From contig CAXXVD010000001.1 of the NCBI GenBank assembly GCA_963662335.2, positions 544,001-608,000 on the forward strand: a stretch of DNA of 64,000 nt, in the 5' to 3' direction. Positions 9,543 to 18,902 of this stretch are shown piece after piece. A program made the position numbers and the translations under genes. Each line of letters opens with the position of its first letter. The first letter of the stretch is position 1. Under the pieces are notes generated by a model that worked only from the letters and a program-made list of their open reading frames with translations, searched no databases and was not told where the DNA came from. The DNA is from Chloroflexota bacterium (lineage in GTDB: Bacteria; Chloroflexota; UBA11872; VXOZ01).

Positions 9543-10331
9543 ATGAGCGAACAGGCGCCGTCGGATCAGGACGTGCGGCAGCATTTTACGGAGCGGGCGG
9601 CGACGTATACCGGCGGGCAGGGCGACACGGTGGAAGCGATGGTGGAGATGGCCGCGCCCGGGGCCGGAGCGAAGGCGCTGGACGTGGCCACCGGCACGGG
9701 GCTGGTGGCGTTTGCCCTGGGCGCGGAGATTGCGGGGAGCGGCTACGTGATCGGCGTGGACTTTACCGCCGCCATGCTCGCCCGCGCCGCCGAGCAAGAG
9801 GAGGCCAATGGCACGGACCGGCGTGGCGCGCGGATCGCTTTGGCCGCCGCCGACGCCACCCGGCTGCCGTTCCCGGACGGCACGTTCAGCATCGTGACCT
9901 GCCGCTTTAGCGTCCACCACTTCACCCACGCCGTGCCCGCCATGCAAGAAATGGCGCGGGTGCTCGCGCCCGGCGGACGGCTGGTCATCGGCGAGTTCGG
10001 GATGCCGGAGGACGCGCAGAAGGCGGCGTACTTCAACCGCATGGAACGCCTGCGCGGGCACTCCCACGTGCAAGCGTTCAGCCCCAGCCAGTTGCAGGCG
10101 ATGATGGCGGACGTGGGTTGTCCCGTGACGGAAACGCGGCTGCTGGAGCGGCAGATGCTGGCCAGCGAGTGGCTGGAAACCGCCAATACCTCCGATGAGA
10201 ACCGCGAGCAGGTGCGCACCATGCTCTGGGAGGGGCTGGACGACGACCCCTACGGCCTCTCGCCCCAGCGGGAGGGCAATGACCTGCGCCTGACGCGGCA
10301 TGAGGTTGTCCTGAGCGGCCGCCGCGCGTAG
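9543..10331 (+). CDS. Class I SAM-dependent methyltransferase (UbiE/Methyltransf_11-like)
   Basis: LDVATGTG motif I, ADATRLPFPDGTF, EMARVLAPGG. Confidence 0.9.
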   Translation: MSEQAPSDQDVRQHFTERAATYTGGQGDTVEAMVEMAAPGAGAKALDVATGTGLVAFALGAEIAGSGYVIGVDFTAAMLARAAEQEEANGTDRRGARIALAAADATRLPFPDGTFSIVTCRFSVHHFTHAVPAMQEMARVLAPGGRLVIGEFGMPEDAQKAAYFNRMERLRGHSHVQAFSPSQLQAMMADVGCPVTETRLLERQMLASEWLETANTSDENREQVRTMLWEGLDDDPYGLSPQREGNDLRLTRHEVVLSGRRA

Positions 10332-10803
10332 GGTCGCGACGTGTCGTGGGTTGCGACAACCCGTGGGTCACGACGTGTCGTGACCCCACGAACGGTCTCA
10401 CATCCTTGCCGCAAGGATTTCCCCCTCACCCCAATGATGGCGCATTAACGTAGCGCGGGGGCTTGTCCCCCGCCGGAGCTATTGCGACTGACACGCACAG
10501 ATGGAACTAGCAGTCTCACACAGCCTGCCCCATACCTGATACGGGGTTACAAAGCTGCGCCACCGGGGATGTTGTACGCGAGTCTTGCCATTGTTCCGTT
10601 TAGTTCGACACCATTACCCCTCACCCTAACCCTCTCCCCAACTGACAGTAGTATGTATTCAATAGCCAACTCAACGTGTCATTCCGAACGGAGCGTAGCG
10701 GAGTGTCGAACCCTGTTCGCGGAATCTAGGGCGCAGCCTTAGATTCCGCGCTGCGCTCGGAATGACATTTACATACCCCTGTGAGCCTCTCCCCAGTAGA
10801 GGG
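10328..10803. repeat. Intergenic mosaic of REP-like families G (10328-10390), C (10449-10473), E (10617-10803) and B (10678-10767)
   Basis: Each motif recurs elsewhere in the window. Confidence 0.8.
10641..10785. mobile_element. Candidate MITE, 145 bp, inserted in a family-E repeat
   Basis: Flanked by 10-bp direct repeat CCTCTCCCCA (10631-10640, 10786-10795); 16-bp terminal inverted repeats match at 13/16. Confidence 0.6.
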
Positions 10804-10829
10804 AACGGTTGCAGCGCTTTCTCCCCAAC

Positions 10830-11978
10830 ATGGACCCCCTATCCTGGATCGAAGTCAGTCGCGGCGCGCTGCGGCACAATATCGCCGCGTTCAGGGAGCG
10901 GCTGAGCCCCGGCGCCGCGCTATTGGCCGTGGTCAAGGCCAACGCCTACGGCCACGGTTTGGACGTGGTTGCCAGTGCTATCGCCGAAGACGTTGACTGG
11001 TTCGGCGTCAACACGCTGGACGAAGCGCTGGCGCTCCACACCGGCGGTCTCAACGTAACTCAGGACGCCCGCGCGCTGCCGGTGCTGATAATGGGGTACA
11101 CGCCGCCGGGCCAAGCCGCCGCGGTGGCGCGGCATGGCTTCCGGCAGGTGATTTTCGACTACGAGTCCGCCGCGCGCCTGGCGGCAGAGGCGGCGGCGCA
11201 GGGCGTTTCCGCCGCCGTGCACGTGAAGATCGAGACCGGCACCTACCGCCTGGGCGTGGCCTGCGACGAGGCGCTCGCTTTCGTGCAGCGGTTGCGCGCC
11301 TTGCCGAATCTTCACGTGGAAGGCATCTACACCCACTTCGCCACGGCGGAAGATACGGCGGATGACTCGTATTTTCGCTTGCAGATGAGCCGTTTTTCCC
11401 AAGTCCAGGCGGCCCTTGAACAGGCCGGAATCCACGTGCCCTACCAACACATGGCGGCCAGCGCCGCGACCATGGTCGCGCCCGCCGCCCACGGCACGCT
11501 GGCGCGCATCGGCATCGGCCTCTACGGACTGTGGCCCTCGTTGGATACGCAGATTGCCATGACCGAACGCGGCGAGCGCCCGTTCACGCTGCGTCCGGCG
11601 CTGCGCTGGCAGACGCGCATCGTGCAGGTGCGCTCCGTGGCGCGCGGCGAGACCGTGGGCTACGGCCGCACCCACCGCTTGCGGCGCGATTCGCGCTTGG
11701 CGGTAATCCCGGTCGGCTACGCGGACGGCTACGACCGCAAACTTTCAAACCAGGGCGAGGTGGTGGTGCGCGGCAGGTTGGCCCCGGTCGTCGGGCGCGT
11801 GATGATGAATATGACAATCCTCGACGTGACCGGCGTGCCGGCGGCGCAGGTTGGCGATGAGGTGACGCTGCTCGGGCCCGGGCTGCCGGCGGAGCGCCTC
11901 GCCAGCCACGCCGGGACGATCAACTACGAAATCGTAAGCCGCATCAACCCGGACCTGCTGCGCATCGCGGCGCCTTAG
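10830..11978 (+). CDS. alr: Alanine racemase
   Basis: AVVKANAYGHG PLP lysine, HVKIETG, GYADG, GTINYE. Confidence 0.96.
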   Translation: MDPLSWIEVSRGALRHNIAAFRERLSPGAALLAVVKANAYGHGLDVVASAIAEDVDWFGVNTLDEALALHTGGLNVTQDARALPVLIMGYTPPGQAAAVARHGFRQVIFDYESAARLAAEAAAQGVSAAVHVKIETGTYRLGVACDEALAFVQRLRALPNLHVEGIYTHFATAEDTADDSYFRLQMSRFSQVQAALEQAGIHVPYQHMAASAATMVAPAAHGTLARIGIGLYGLWPSLDTQIAMTERGERPFTLRPALRWQTRIVQVRSVARGETVGYGRTHRLRRDSRLAVIPVGYADGYDRKLSNQGEVVVRGRLAPVVGRVMMNMTILDVTGVPAAQVGDEVTLLGPGLPAERLASHAGTINYEIVSRINPDLLRIAAP

Positions 11979-12044
11979 CGGCGCGCGCAGTGTGTCTCAG
12001 GCGCTTGGGGGCAGTGTAACTCGGCAATTGCCGCGGTGCCGCTA

Positions 12045-12067
12045 CGCAGGTTGCAAACCTGCGCTAC
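12045..12067. repeat. REP-like family D (GTAGCGCAGGTTTGCAACCTGCG)
   Basis: Copies at 25626, 25781, 33128, 51530 and degenerate 61758. Confidence 0.8.
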
Positions 12068-12121
12068 CGGCGACGCCGCTCCCGCGTTTACGCTGGTGGT
12101 GAACCGGAAGGCGGGCCCGGC

Positions 12122-13018
12122 CTACGCCGGTTGTTCAGCCCCGCGGCGGGAGAAGATGTCCCAATCCACCAGCAGGCTCGCGGCGATGAAGATTGAGGAG
12201 TACGTGCCGGTGGCGGTGCCGATCAGGAGCGCCAGCACGAAGTCCTTGATGGCCAGGCCGCCGAAGAGGTAGAGCGCAAAGAGCGTAATCAGTAGGGTGA
12301 TGGAGGTATTGAGCGAGCGGTCGATCGTCTGGTTGACGCTGAAGTTTACCACCGTGGGCAGCGGCGCGTGGGCGTACTGGGAGCGGTTCTCGCGCACCCG
12401 GTCGAATACCACGATCGTGTCGTGCACCGAATAGCCGATTGCGGTGAGAATGGCCGTGATGAACATAGAGTCGATCTCTTTGTTCACCAGGAATCCCAGC
12501 ACGGAAAAGACGCCCAGCACCACCAGCACGTCGTGCACCAGGGCGCAAATGGCGCAGACGCCGTAGCGGAAGGGTTGCGGCACACGGCGGAACGCCCACG
12601 TGATGTAGACCAGAATGCCGACTGAGGCCACCAGCACCGCCAGTATCGCCCGTTGCGTCAGTTCGCGGGCAATCACCGGCCCCACGGCCTCGAAGCGCAA
12701 CTCCTCCGCCGCGCCGTGTTCTTCCTCCAGGGCGGCGCGCACGGCCCGCTTCTCTTCCAGCCCAAGTTCCTTGGAGCGGATGATCACCGAGCCTTCACCG
12801 GTGGCCTGCACCAGCGGCTCGCCCAAGTCATGCTCCAGGTAGACGAGCTTGATCGCCTCGGTCGGCGGCGTAGCCTGGAAGCGCAATTCGTAGATGGTGC
12901 CGCCGGAAAAGTCGATGCCAAGCTGCAAGCGAAAGATGATGAGCGAGAGGATGCTCGGCGCCAGTATCAGCGCGGAGGCGACGTAGGCCCACTTTCTGCG
13001 GCCAACAATGTCAAACAT
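12122..13018 (-). CDS. secF: Protein translocase subunit SecF
   Basis: GIDFSGGT, HDVLV, IGYSVHDTIVVFDRVREN, GTYSSIFIA. Confidence 0.97.
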   Translation of the reverse strand: MFDIVGRRKWAYVASALILAPSILSLIIFRLQLGIDFSGGTIYELRFQATPPTEAIKLVYLEHDLGEPLVQATGEGSVIIRSKELGLEEKRAVRAALEEEHGAAEELRFEAVGPVIARELTQRAILAVLVASVGILVYITWAFRRVPQPFRYGVCAICALVHDVLVVLGVFSVLGFLVNKEIDSMFITAILTAIGYSVHDTIVVFDRVRENRSQYAHAPLPTVVNFSVNQTIDRSLNTSITLLITLFALYLFGGLAIKDFVLALLIGTATGTYSSIFIAASLLVDWDIFSRRGAEQPA

Positions 13019-13150
13019 GTGGTTCTTCTATCCTGTTTCGCCTGTGGGTGAGTTTGTCATGTTTCTCTGCGCGTGGTGTGCGGCACGGCAGGCATTCAGT
13101 CTGGCCGCGTGACCCGACGTTCCCGCTCATTCTGTGCCAATTCCTACTCT

Positions 13151-13280
13151 GCCCTCGCGGCGAAGTCGCCGCCCTTCCGGCGCAAGTCCCGCCCTTCCGG
13201 CGAAGTTTCCGTCATTCCGGCGAAAGCCGGAATCCATCTTCGCCACGCATACCCTAGATTCCGGCTTTCGCCGGAATGAC
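13151..13280. repeat. 20-nt degenerate tandem array (13151-13210) running into a family-A REP doublet (13211-13280)
   Basis: Units GCCCTTCCGGCG.. at 13151, 13171 and 13191, then GTCATTCCGGCGAAAGCCGGAATCCA...GATTCCGGCTTTCGCCGGAATGAC. Confidence 0.85.
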
Positions 13281-13474
13281 GGAGGCGGAACTCTCCGTGC
13301 ATGGTATGCAGGTTTGCGTTCCCCGCATCTCTAATCGCGCTGGCGTCTTCATCGCAGTACCGTACAATATATCCCAAATCCGCGCCGCCTGAAATCCAAT
13401 TGCCGTACGGCCTCCGCGCGCATTCAGTGCGGCCTGGCGCTAACGGCCTCTTGCCGCTCCAGTCGCGCGGTCTC

Positions 13475-14491
13475 TTACTCCTTCAGTTTCAGCGTCTTGA
13501 GCAGGCGGCTATACAGGGCGCACTCTTCCGCAAAGATGTAGTGCGGCGAGGTAACGGAGACGCTCACGCAGCCGGCCTGCCGCAGGCTGGTGACCGCCGC
13601 CAGCACGTCCCGCGACTTCACCTGCACGGTCACGGCAAACCAGTTTTCTTCCCGTTCTTCTCTGGCAAAGACCCGCGCAACGGTTGGGCCCAGCAAGCCG
13701 CTCACCTCGGGAAAGGCCGCCAGCGTGGCCGCCACCGCCGCCGCGGATTCGCCCTGGATGTTGGCGGTGAGCGTCGAATACGGTTGGGCGCGGCGCGAGG
13801 CTTCCACGAACTCCAGGATTTGCCGCAGCGCCTGCCGCTTCTCCGCGCTGGCGCGCAGCCGTTCGCGGTTGCCGATCAAGCACGCCTGGGTAGACAGTAT
13901 CACGCCGTGTTCGATCATCTTCAGCCGGTTGTCCTTGAGCGTCCCGCCGGTGGAGACCAGATCGACGATGATGTCCGCGTAGCCCAGGGTGGGGGCGGCT
14001 TCCAGACCGCCCTCGGCCTGCACCACGTGGAAGTAGGTGATGCCCTGCTGGAAGAGAAACCGGCGCGTCAGGATAGGGAACGTGGTGGCGATGCGGAGCA
14101 CCCGGCCGCGCTCGCGAAACTCCAGCGCCACTTCGGCCAGATCGGTCAACGTGCGCACGTCGATCCAGGCCTCTGGCACGGCAATTGCCAGCCGCCCCTG
14201 AGAGTAGCCCAAGTCTTCCGCCACCACCACCAAATCGTCGCCTTCCTGCCGCATTTCGGAGAGAATGTCGAAACCGGTGATGCCGGCGTCGGCGTCGCCG
14301 TCGCGGATCTGCTCCACCAGTTGCCACGCCCGTTGGAAGAGCGCGGTCACGTCGGCTACCGCCGGCAGCGCGGCTTCGTACGCCCGCGAGTGGGGACGGG
14401 CAACGCTCAGGCCGCACTGCGCCAGGAACTCAAGGGTCTGCTCCCCAATGCGGCCTTTGCTCGGCACGAGGAGGCGCAGCGCTTCAGCCAT
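13475..14491 (-). CDS. hisG: ATP phosphoribosyltransferase, long form with C-terminal regulatory domain
   Basis: LLVPSKGR, DAGITGFD, IATTFP, DIIVDLVSTGGTLKDNRL; start overlaps the upstream stop. Confidence 0.93.
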   Translation of the reverse strand: MAEALRLLVPSKGRIGEQTLEFLAQCGLSVARPHSRAYEAALPAVADVTALFQRAWQLVEQIRDGDADAGITGFDILSEMRQEGDDLVVVAEDLGYSQGRLAIAVPEAWIDVRTLTDLAEVALEFRERGRVLRIATTFPILTRRFLFQQGITYFHVVQAEGGLEAAPTLGYADIIVDLVSTGGTLKDNRLKMIEHGVILSTQACLIGNRERLRASAEKRQALRQILEFVEASRRAQPYSTLTANIQGESAAAVAATLAAFPEVSGLLGPTVARVFAREEREENWFAVTVQVKSRDVLAAVTSLRQAGCVSVSVTSPHYIFAEECALYSRLLKTLKLKE

Positions 14492-16085
14492 CGACTTCAT
14501 CCCAGACGCCGAGCGCCTGCGCCACGTCGCTGAGCGGCAGAGATTGTTCGGTTCCCTCCGCGAGATTGTGGAGAGTCGGACGCGCCGCGCCGTCCTCAAC
14601 CAGCAGGAGGTAGGGGATCTGCCGGCGGTTGGCGTAGCTAATGCGCGCGCGGGGAGCGCGTTGGCGCAGGTCGAATTCCGTTTGGATGCCGCGCTCCCGC
14701 AGCCGTTGCGCCGCGCGCATGGCGGCGTGGGCGGCCGCGGGCGCCGTTGCCGCCACTAATACCTGTGTTCGCGGCGGCGCGGGCAGGGCAGTTCCTTGCC
14801 GCGCCAGCGCCAAGCCAAGCCGCTCCAAGCCAAAGGCAAAGCCAACCGCCGGGATCGACTTGCGGCTGCCAAGCGCTTGCACCAGTTCGTTGTAGCGGCC
14901 GCCGCCGCACAACTGGCTCTGGCCGGATTCAGCGTACACTTCGAACACCACGTCGGTGTAGTAATGGAGACCGCGCCCCAGGGCGAGTTGCACCTCTATC
15001 TGCGCATCCTCGATACCGTGCGCGGACAACGCGCCGATCACGTCGGCGAGGCGGTCCAGCGGCCGGTCGCCCAGGCCGTACCCGGCCAGAAAGTCCCGCG
15101 CGCGCGCCAGCACCTGGCCCGGCGGACCCGCAAGTTCGTGCAGGCCCTGAATGAACGCGAAGGCGCGCTCCAGCAGTTCATCCTCAGCGGAGGCGCGCTG
15201 CTTGCGAAACATGCGGCCCAGGATAGCATCCGCCGGTCGGCTGCCGTTCAACTCGATACCCATCTCCGCCAGCGAGGCGCGCAGTGTAGCCTGCGCCTGC
15301 GCCTCATCGCCGGTCACATCGTTCTCCTCTGCGCCGACCTGCACTCCGGCGCCGGTCACCCCATTCTCCCCACCACCGGCCGGCGCCCCTTCTCCCGTTC
15401 GCGCTGAGCCTGTCGAAGCACCCATTGGCGCGCCCGACTGCCGCGCCGGATGGATCTCCGCCAACCGTTTGCGCACGTAGTCCAGGCCGCGCCCGGGCCG
15501 CCCCACGTCTTCCATGCTATCCAGCAGGAAGTGCCGCAGGCGCGTCGAGAGCCCCAAGCTGCCCAGCAGTTCCAACAGAATGCCCACGTGGCCGATCACC
15601 AGCCGGTACTTTTGAATGCCCAGCCGCTTGAGAGTCCAGCAGGCCAGGGCGATCACTTCCGCGTCGGCGGCCGGGCCGTCGCTGCCAAATAGCTCCACGC
15701 CGGCCATCGAGAACTGCCGGTAGCGGCCGCGCTGCGGTTTCTCATAGCGAAACGCGGGCCCGGCGTAGGCGTAGCGCAGCGGGAACGGCGCGTTCCGGTC
15801 GTTGCTCAGGTAGTAGCGCACGATGGACGCCGTGAATTCCGGGCGCAGCGCCAGGCGGCGGCCGCTGAAATCTTCGAACGTGTACATCTTGGAGATGATC
15901 TCGGCGCCGGACTTGCGCAGGTAGAGATCGGTCTGCTCCACCAGCGGCACGTCGATTGGCGTATAGCCGGCAAGCTGGAACGCGGCGAGCACAGACTGGC
16001 GTAGCTGCGCCTGCGCGTGGGCCTGCTGGGCACCAAGGTCCAGCATCCCCCGGACGGAGTCGACGGGACGGGTGGCTAGCGGCAT
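14484..16085 (-). CDS. HisRS-fold protein: HisZ (ATP-PRT regulatory subunit) or histidyl-tRNA synthetase paralog, with a low-complexity insertion
   Basis: VRGMLD, LRPEFTAS, FRYEKPQRGRYRQF, RGLHYYT, GGGRY, GFAFGLER and an anticodon-binding-like C-terminus; coupled to hisG. Confidence 0.85.
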   Translation of the reverse strand: MPLATRPVDSVRGMLDLGAQQAHAQAQLRQSVLAAFQLAGYTPIDVPLVEQTDLYLRKSGAEIISKMYTFEDFSGRRLALRPEFTASIVRYYLSNDRNAPFPLRYAYAGPAFRYEKPQRGRYRQFSMAGVELFGSDGPAADAEVIALACWTLKRLGIQKYRLVIGHVGILLELLGSLGLSTRLRHFLLDSMEDVGRPGRGLDYVRKRLAEIHPARQSGAPMGASTGSARTGEGAPAGGGENGVTGAGVQVGAEENDVTGDEAQAQATLRASLAEMGIELNGSRPADAILGRMFRKQRASAEDELLERAFAFIQGLHELAGPPGQVLARARDFLAGYGLGDRPLDRLADVIGALSAHGIEDAQIEVQLALGRGLHYYTDVVFEVYAESGQSQLCGGGRYNELVQALGSRKSIPAVGFAFGLERLGLALARQGTALPAPPRTQVLVAATAPAAAHAAMRAAQRLRERGIQTEFDLRQRAPRARISYANRRQIPYLLLVEDGAARPTLHNLAEGTEQSLPLSDVAQALGVWDEVDG

Positions 16086-16107
16086 AGCGGGGTAATTGCC
16101 TATGGTC

Positions 16108-17490
16108 CTATGGTTCCGTTGCGGGACGCGGCGGCGCCTGGCGGGACGCGGGCGGCTGCTCCTGGGCTTGCGCCACGCCGTAGAGCCACGGATGGTCCCG
16201 CAGTTGCGGCAGGCGCACCACCAGGTAGAGGAAGGTGCGCGTGACCGTAATCGCCGTGAACATACTAATGATGACGCCAATCGCCAACGTGACGGCAAAG
16301 CCGCGCACGATGCCCGTGCCAAAGTAGAAGAGCACCGCGCAGGTAATGAGCGTGGAGATGTTGGAATCCCGGATCGACGTCCACGCGCGCTCGAAACCGA
16401 CTTCCAACGCCGAGCGCAAGGTGCGGCCCCGGCGCAGTTCCTCTTTCAGTCGCTCGAAGATCAGGATATTCGCGTCCACGGCCATGCCTACGGAGAGGAT
16501 GAACCCGGCGATGCCCGCCAGCGTGAGCACCACCGGCCACAGCTTGAAGATGCCGAGCACGAGCAGCGCGTAGATGAGCAGGGCAACGACGGCCACCAGG
16601 CCGGGCAGGCGGTAGTAGATGAACATGAAGACGGCTACCAGTACCAGGCCGATGATGCCGGCCCGCAGGCTGCGGTCAACGGATTCTTGGCCCAGGGTGG
16701 GGCCGACGGTGCGGTTCTGCGCGATTTCCAGCGGCACCGGCAGCGCGCCGTACTTCAGCTTGATGACGATGTCCCGCGCCTCTTCCAGGGTAAAGCTGCC
16801 GGTGATGCGGCCGCGATTCGAGATGGGGCTGGAAATGGTGGCGGCGGAAATGAGGATATTGTCCAGCGTGATGCCCAGCCAAGTGCACGGCTGGCCGTCC
16901 CGCGCGCAGACGTTCTGGGAGGTGAAGACTTCGAAGGTACCGGCGCCTTCGTCTTTGAGTTCGAAGTTGATTTGCGGCAAACTGCGCTCGTCGAAGCCGA
17001 CTTCGGCGGACTTGACCTGCGCGCCGGTGAAGAGCCGCGTATACTGCTCGCCTTCCACGAGGCCGCCGACCGGCACCGGCGGCACTGCGCTCTTGCCAAG
17101 ATCGACGAACGCGAGTTCACCGGTTTCGCGGAAGAGCGCGATGGCTTCATCCGGATTATCCACGCCGGGGAGTTCGACGATGATGCGGTCGGTACCCTCT
17201 AGCTGCACGATCGGTTCCGATACGCCCAAAGCGTCAACCCGCTGGGCGATGATGTCGCGCGTGGCTTCCATGTGGTCGGCAGTGATCTCCTGGCCCTCGG
17301 AAGGCGTGGCCCGCAGCACCACGTGCAGCCCGCCCTGGAGGTCGAGGCCCAAGTGGTAGCGGAGGTCGCGCACCAGGCGCGCGCCGCCAATACCGACGTC
17401 CAGGCCGGGATTGTCAGGCCAATTGACGTAGCCCGCCGACACGACGAAGACGACGATGAATGCCAGTGTGACCAGGTAGCGTCGGTTCAT
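16108..17490 (-). CDS. secD: Protein translocase subunit SecD
   Basis: LGLDLQGG, LKYGALP, VGPTLG, GMAVDANILIFER; ATG 17490. Confidence 0.97.
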   Translation of the reverse strand: MNRRYLVTLAFIVVFVVSAGYVNWPDNPGLDVGIGGARLVRDLRYHLGLDLQGGLHVVLRATPSEGQEITADHMEATRDIIAQRVDALGVSEPIVQLEGTDRIIVELPGVDNPDEAIALFRETGELAFVDLGKSAVPPVPVGGLVEGEQYTRLFTGAQVKSAEVGFDERSLPQINFELKDEGAGTFEVFTSQNVCARDGQPCTWLGITLDNILISAATISSPISNRGRITGSFTLEEARDIVIKLKYGALPVPLEIAQNRTVGPTLGQESVDRSLRAGIIGLVLVAVFMFIYYRLPGLVAVVALLIYALLVLGIFKLWPVVLTLAGIAGFILSVGMAVDANILIFERLKEELRRGRTLRSALEVGFERAWTSIRDSNISTLITCAVLFYFGTGIVRGFAVTLAIGVIISMFTAITVTRTFLYLVVRLPQLRDHPWLYGVAQAQEQPPASRQAPPRPATEP

Positions 17491-17497
17491 CGGCCGC

Positions 17498-18577
<1,080 letters not shown>

Positions 18578-18763
18578 GATGCTCTACCCACTCCTTGCTT
18601 TGTGGGGGCCGGTCGTTGCTCTTTCGTGTAGATATAATTCAGCATTCTCCATTATAGGCAATTGCGGCGGTGAATCCCAATTGAGACCGCTGCTCAACCC
18701 CGCGATTGCTCTGAGGATGACTGCGCCAACTCCGTCATTGCAATGTAAATGGTGCGGCAGCCT

Positions 18764-18793
18764 CCGTCATTCCCGCAAACGCGGGAATGACGG
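18764..18793. repeat. Family-A REP, collapsed single hairpin
   Basis: CCGTCATTCCCGCAAACGCGGGAATGACGG between thyX and recA. Confidence 0.75.
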
Positions 18794-18902
18794 TCGATGA
18801 CCGTCCCACCTTTTCGTTCCCTTGGGTGGCCGTCGCACATTGTCTTTCGCTGCCGCGGGCCGCCATGGTGGTTCTCGCGCAAGCCGCGCCCTTGCGCGGC
18901 GG

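Noticed and set aside
18578-18720. LexA/SOS box upstream of recA
   Set aside because: No convincing GAAC-N4-GTTC or CTGT-N8-ACAG match; only an AT-rich patch and a TATAAT.
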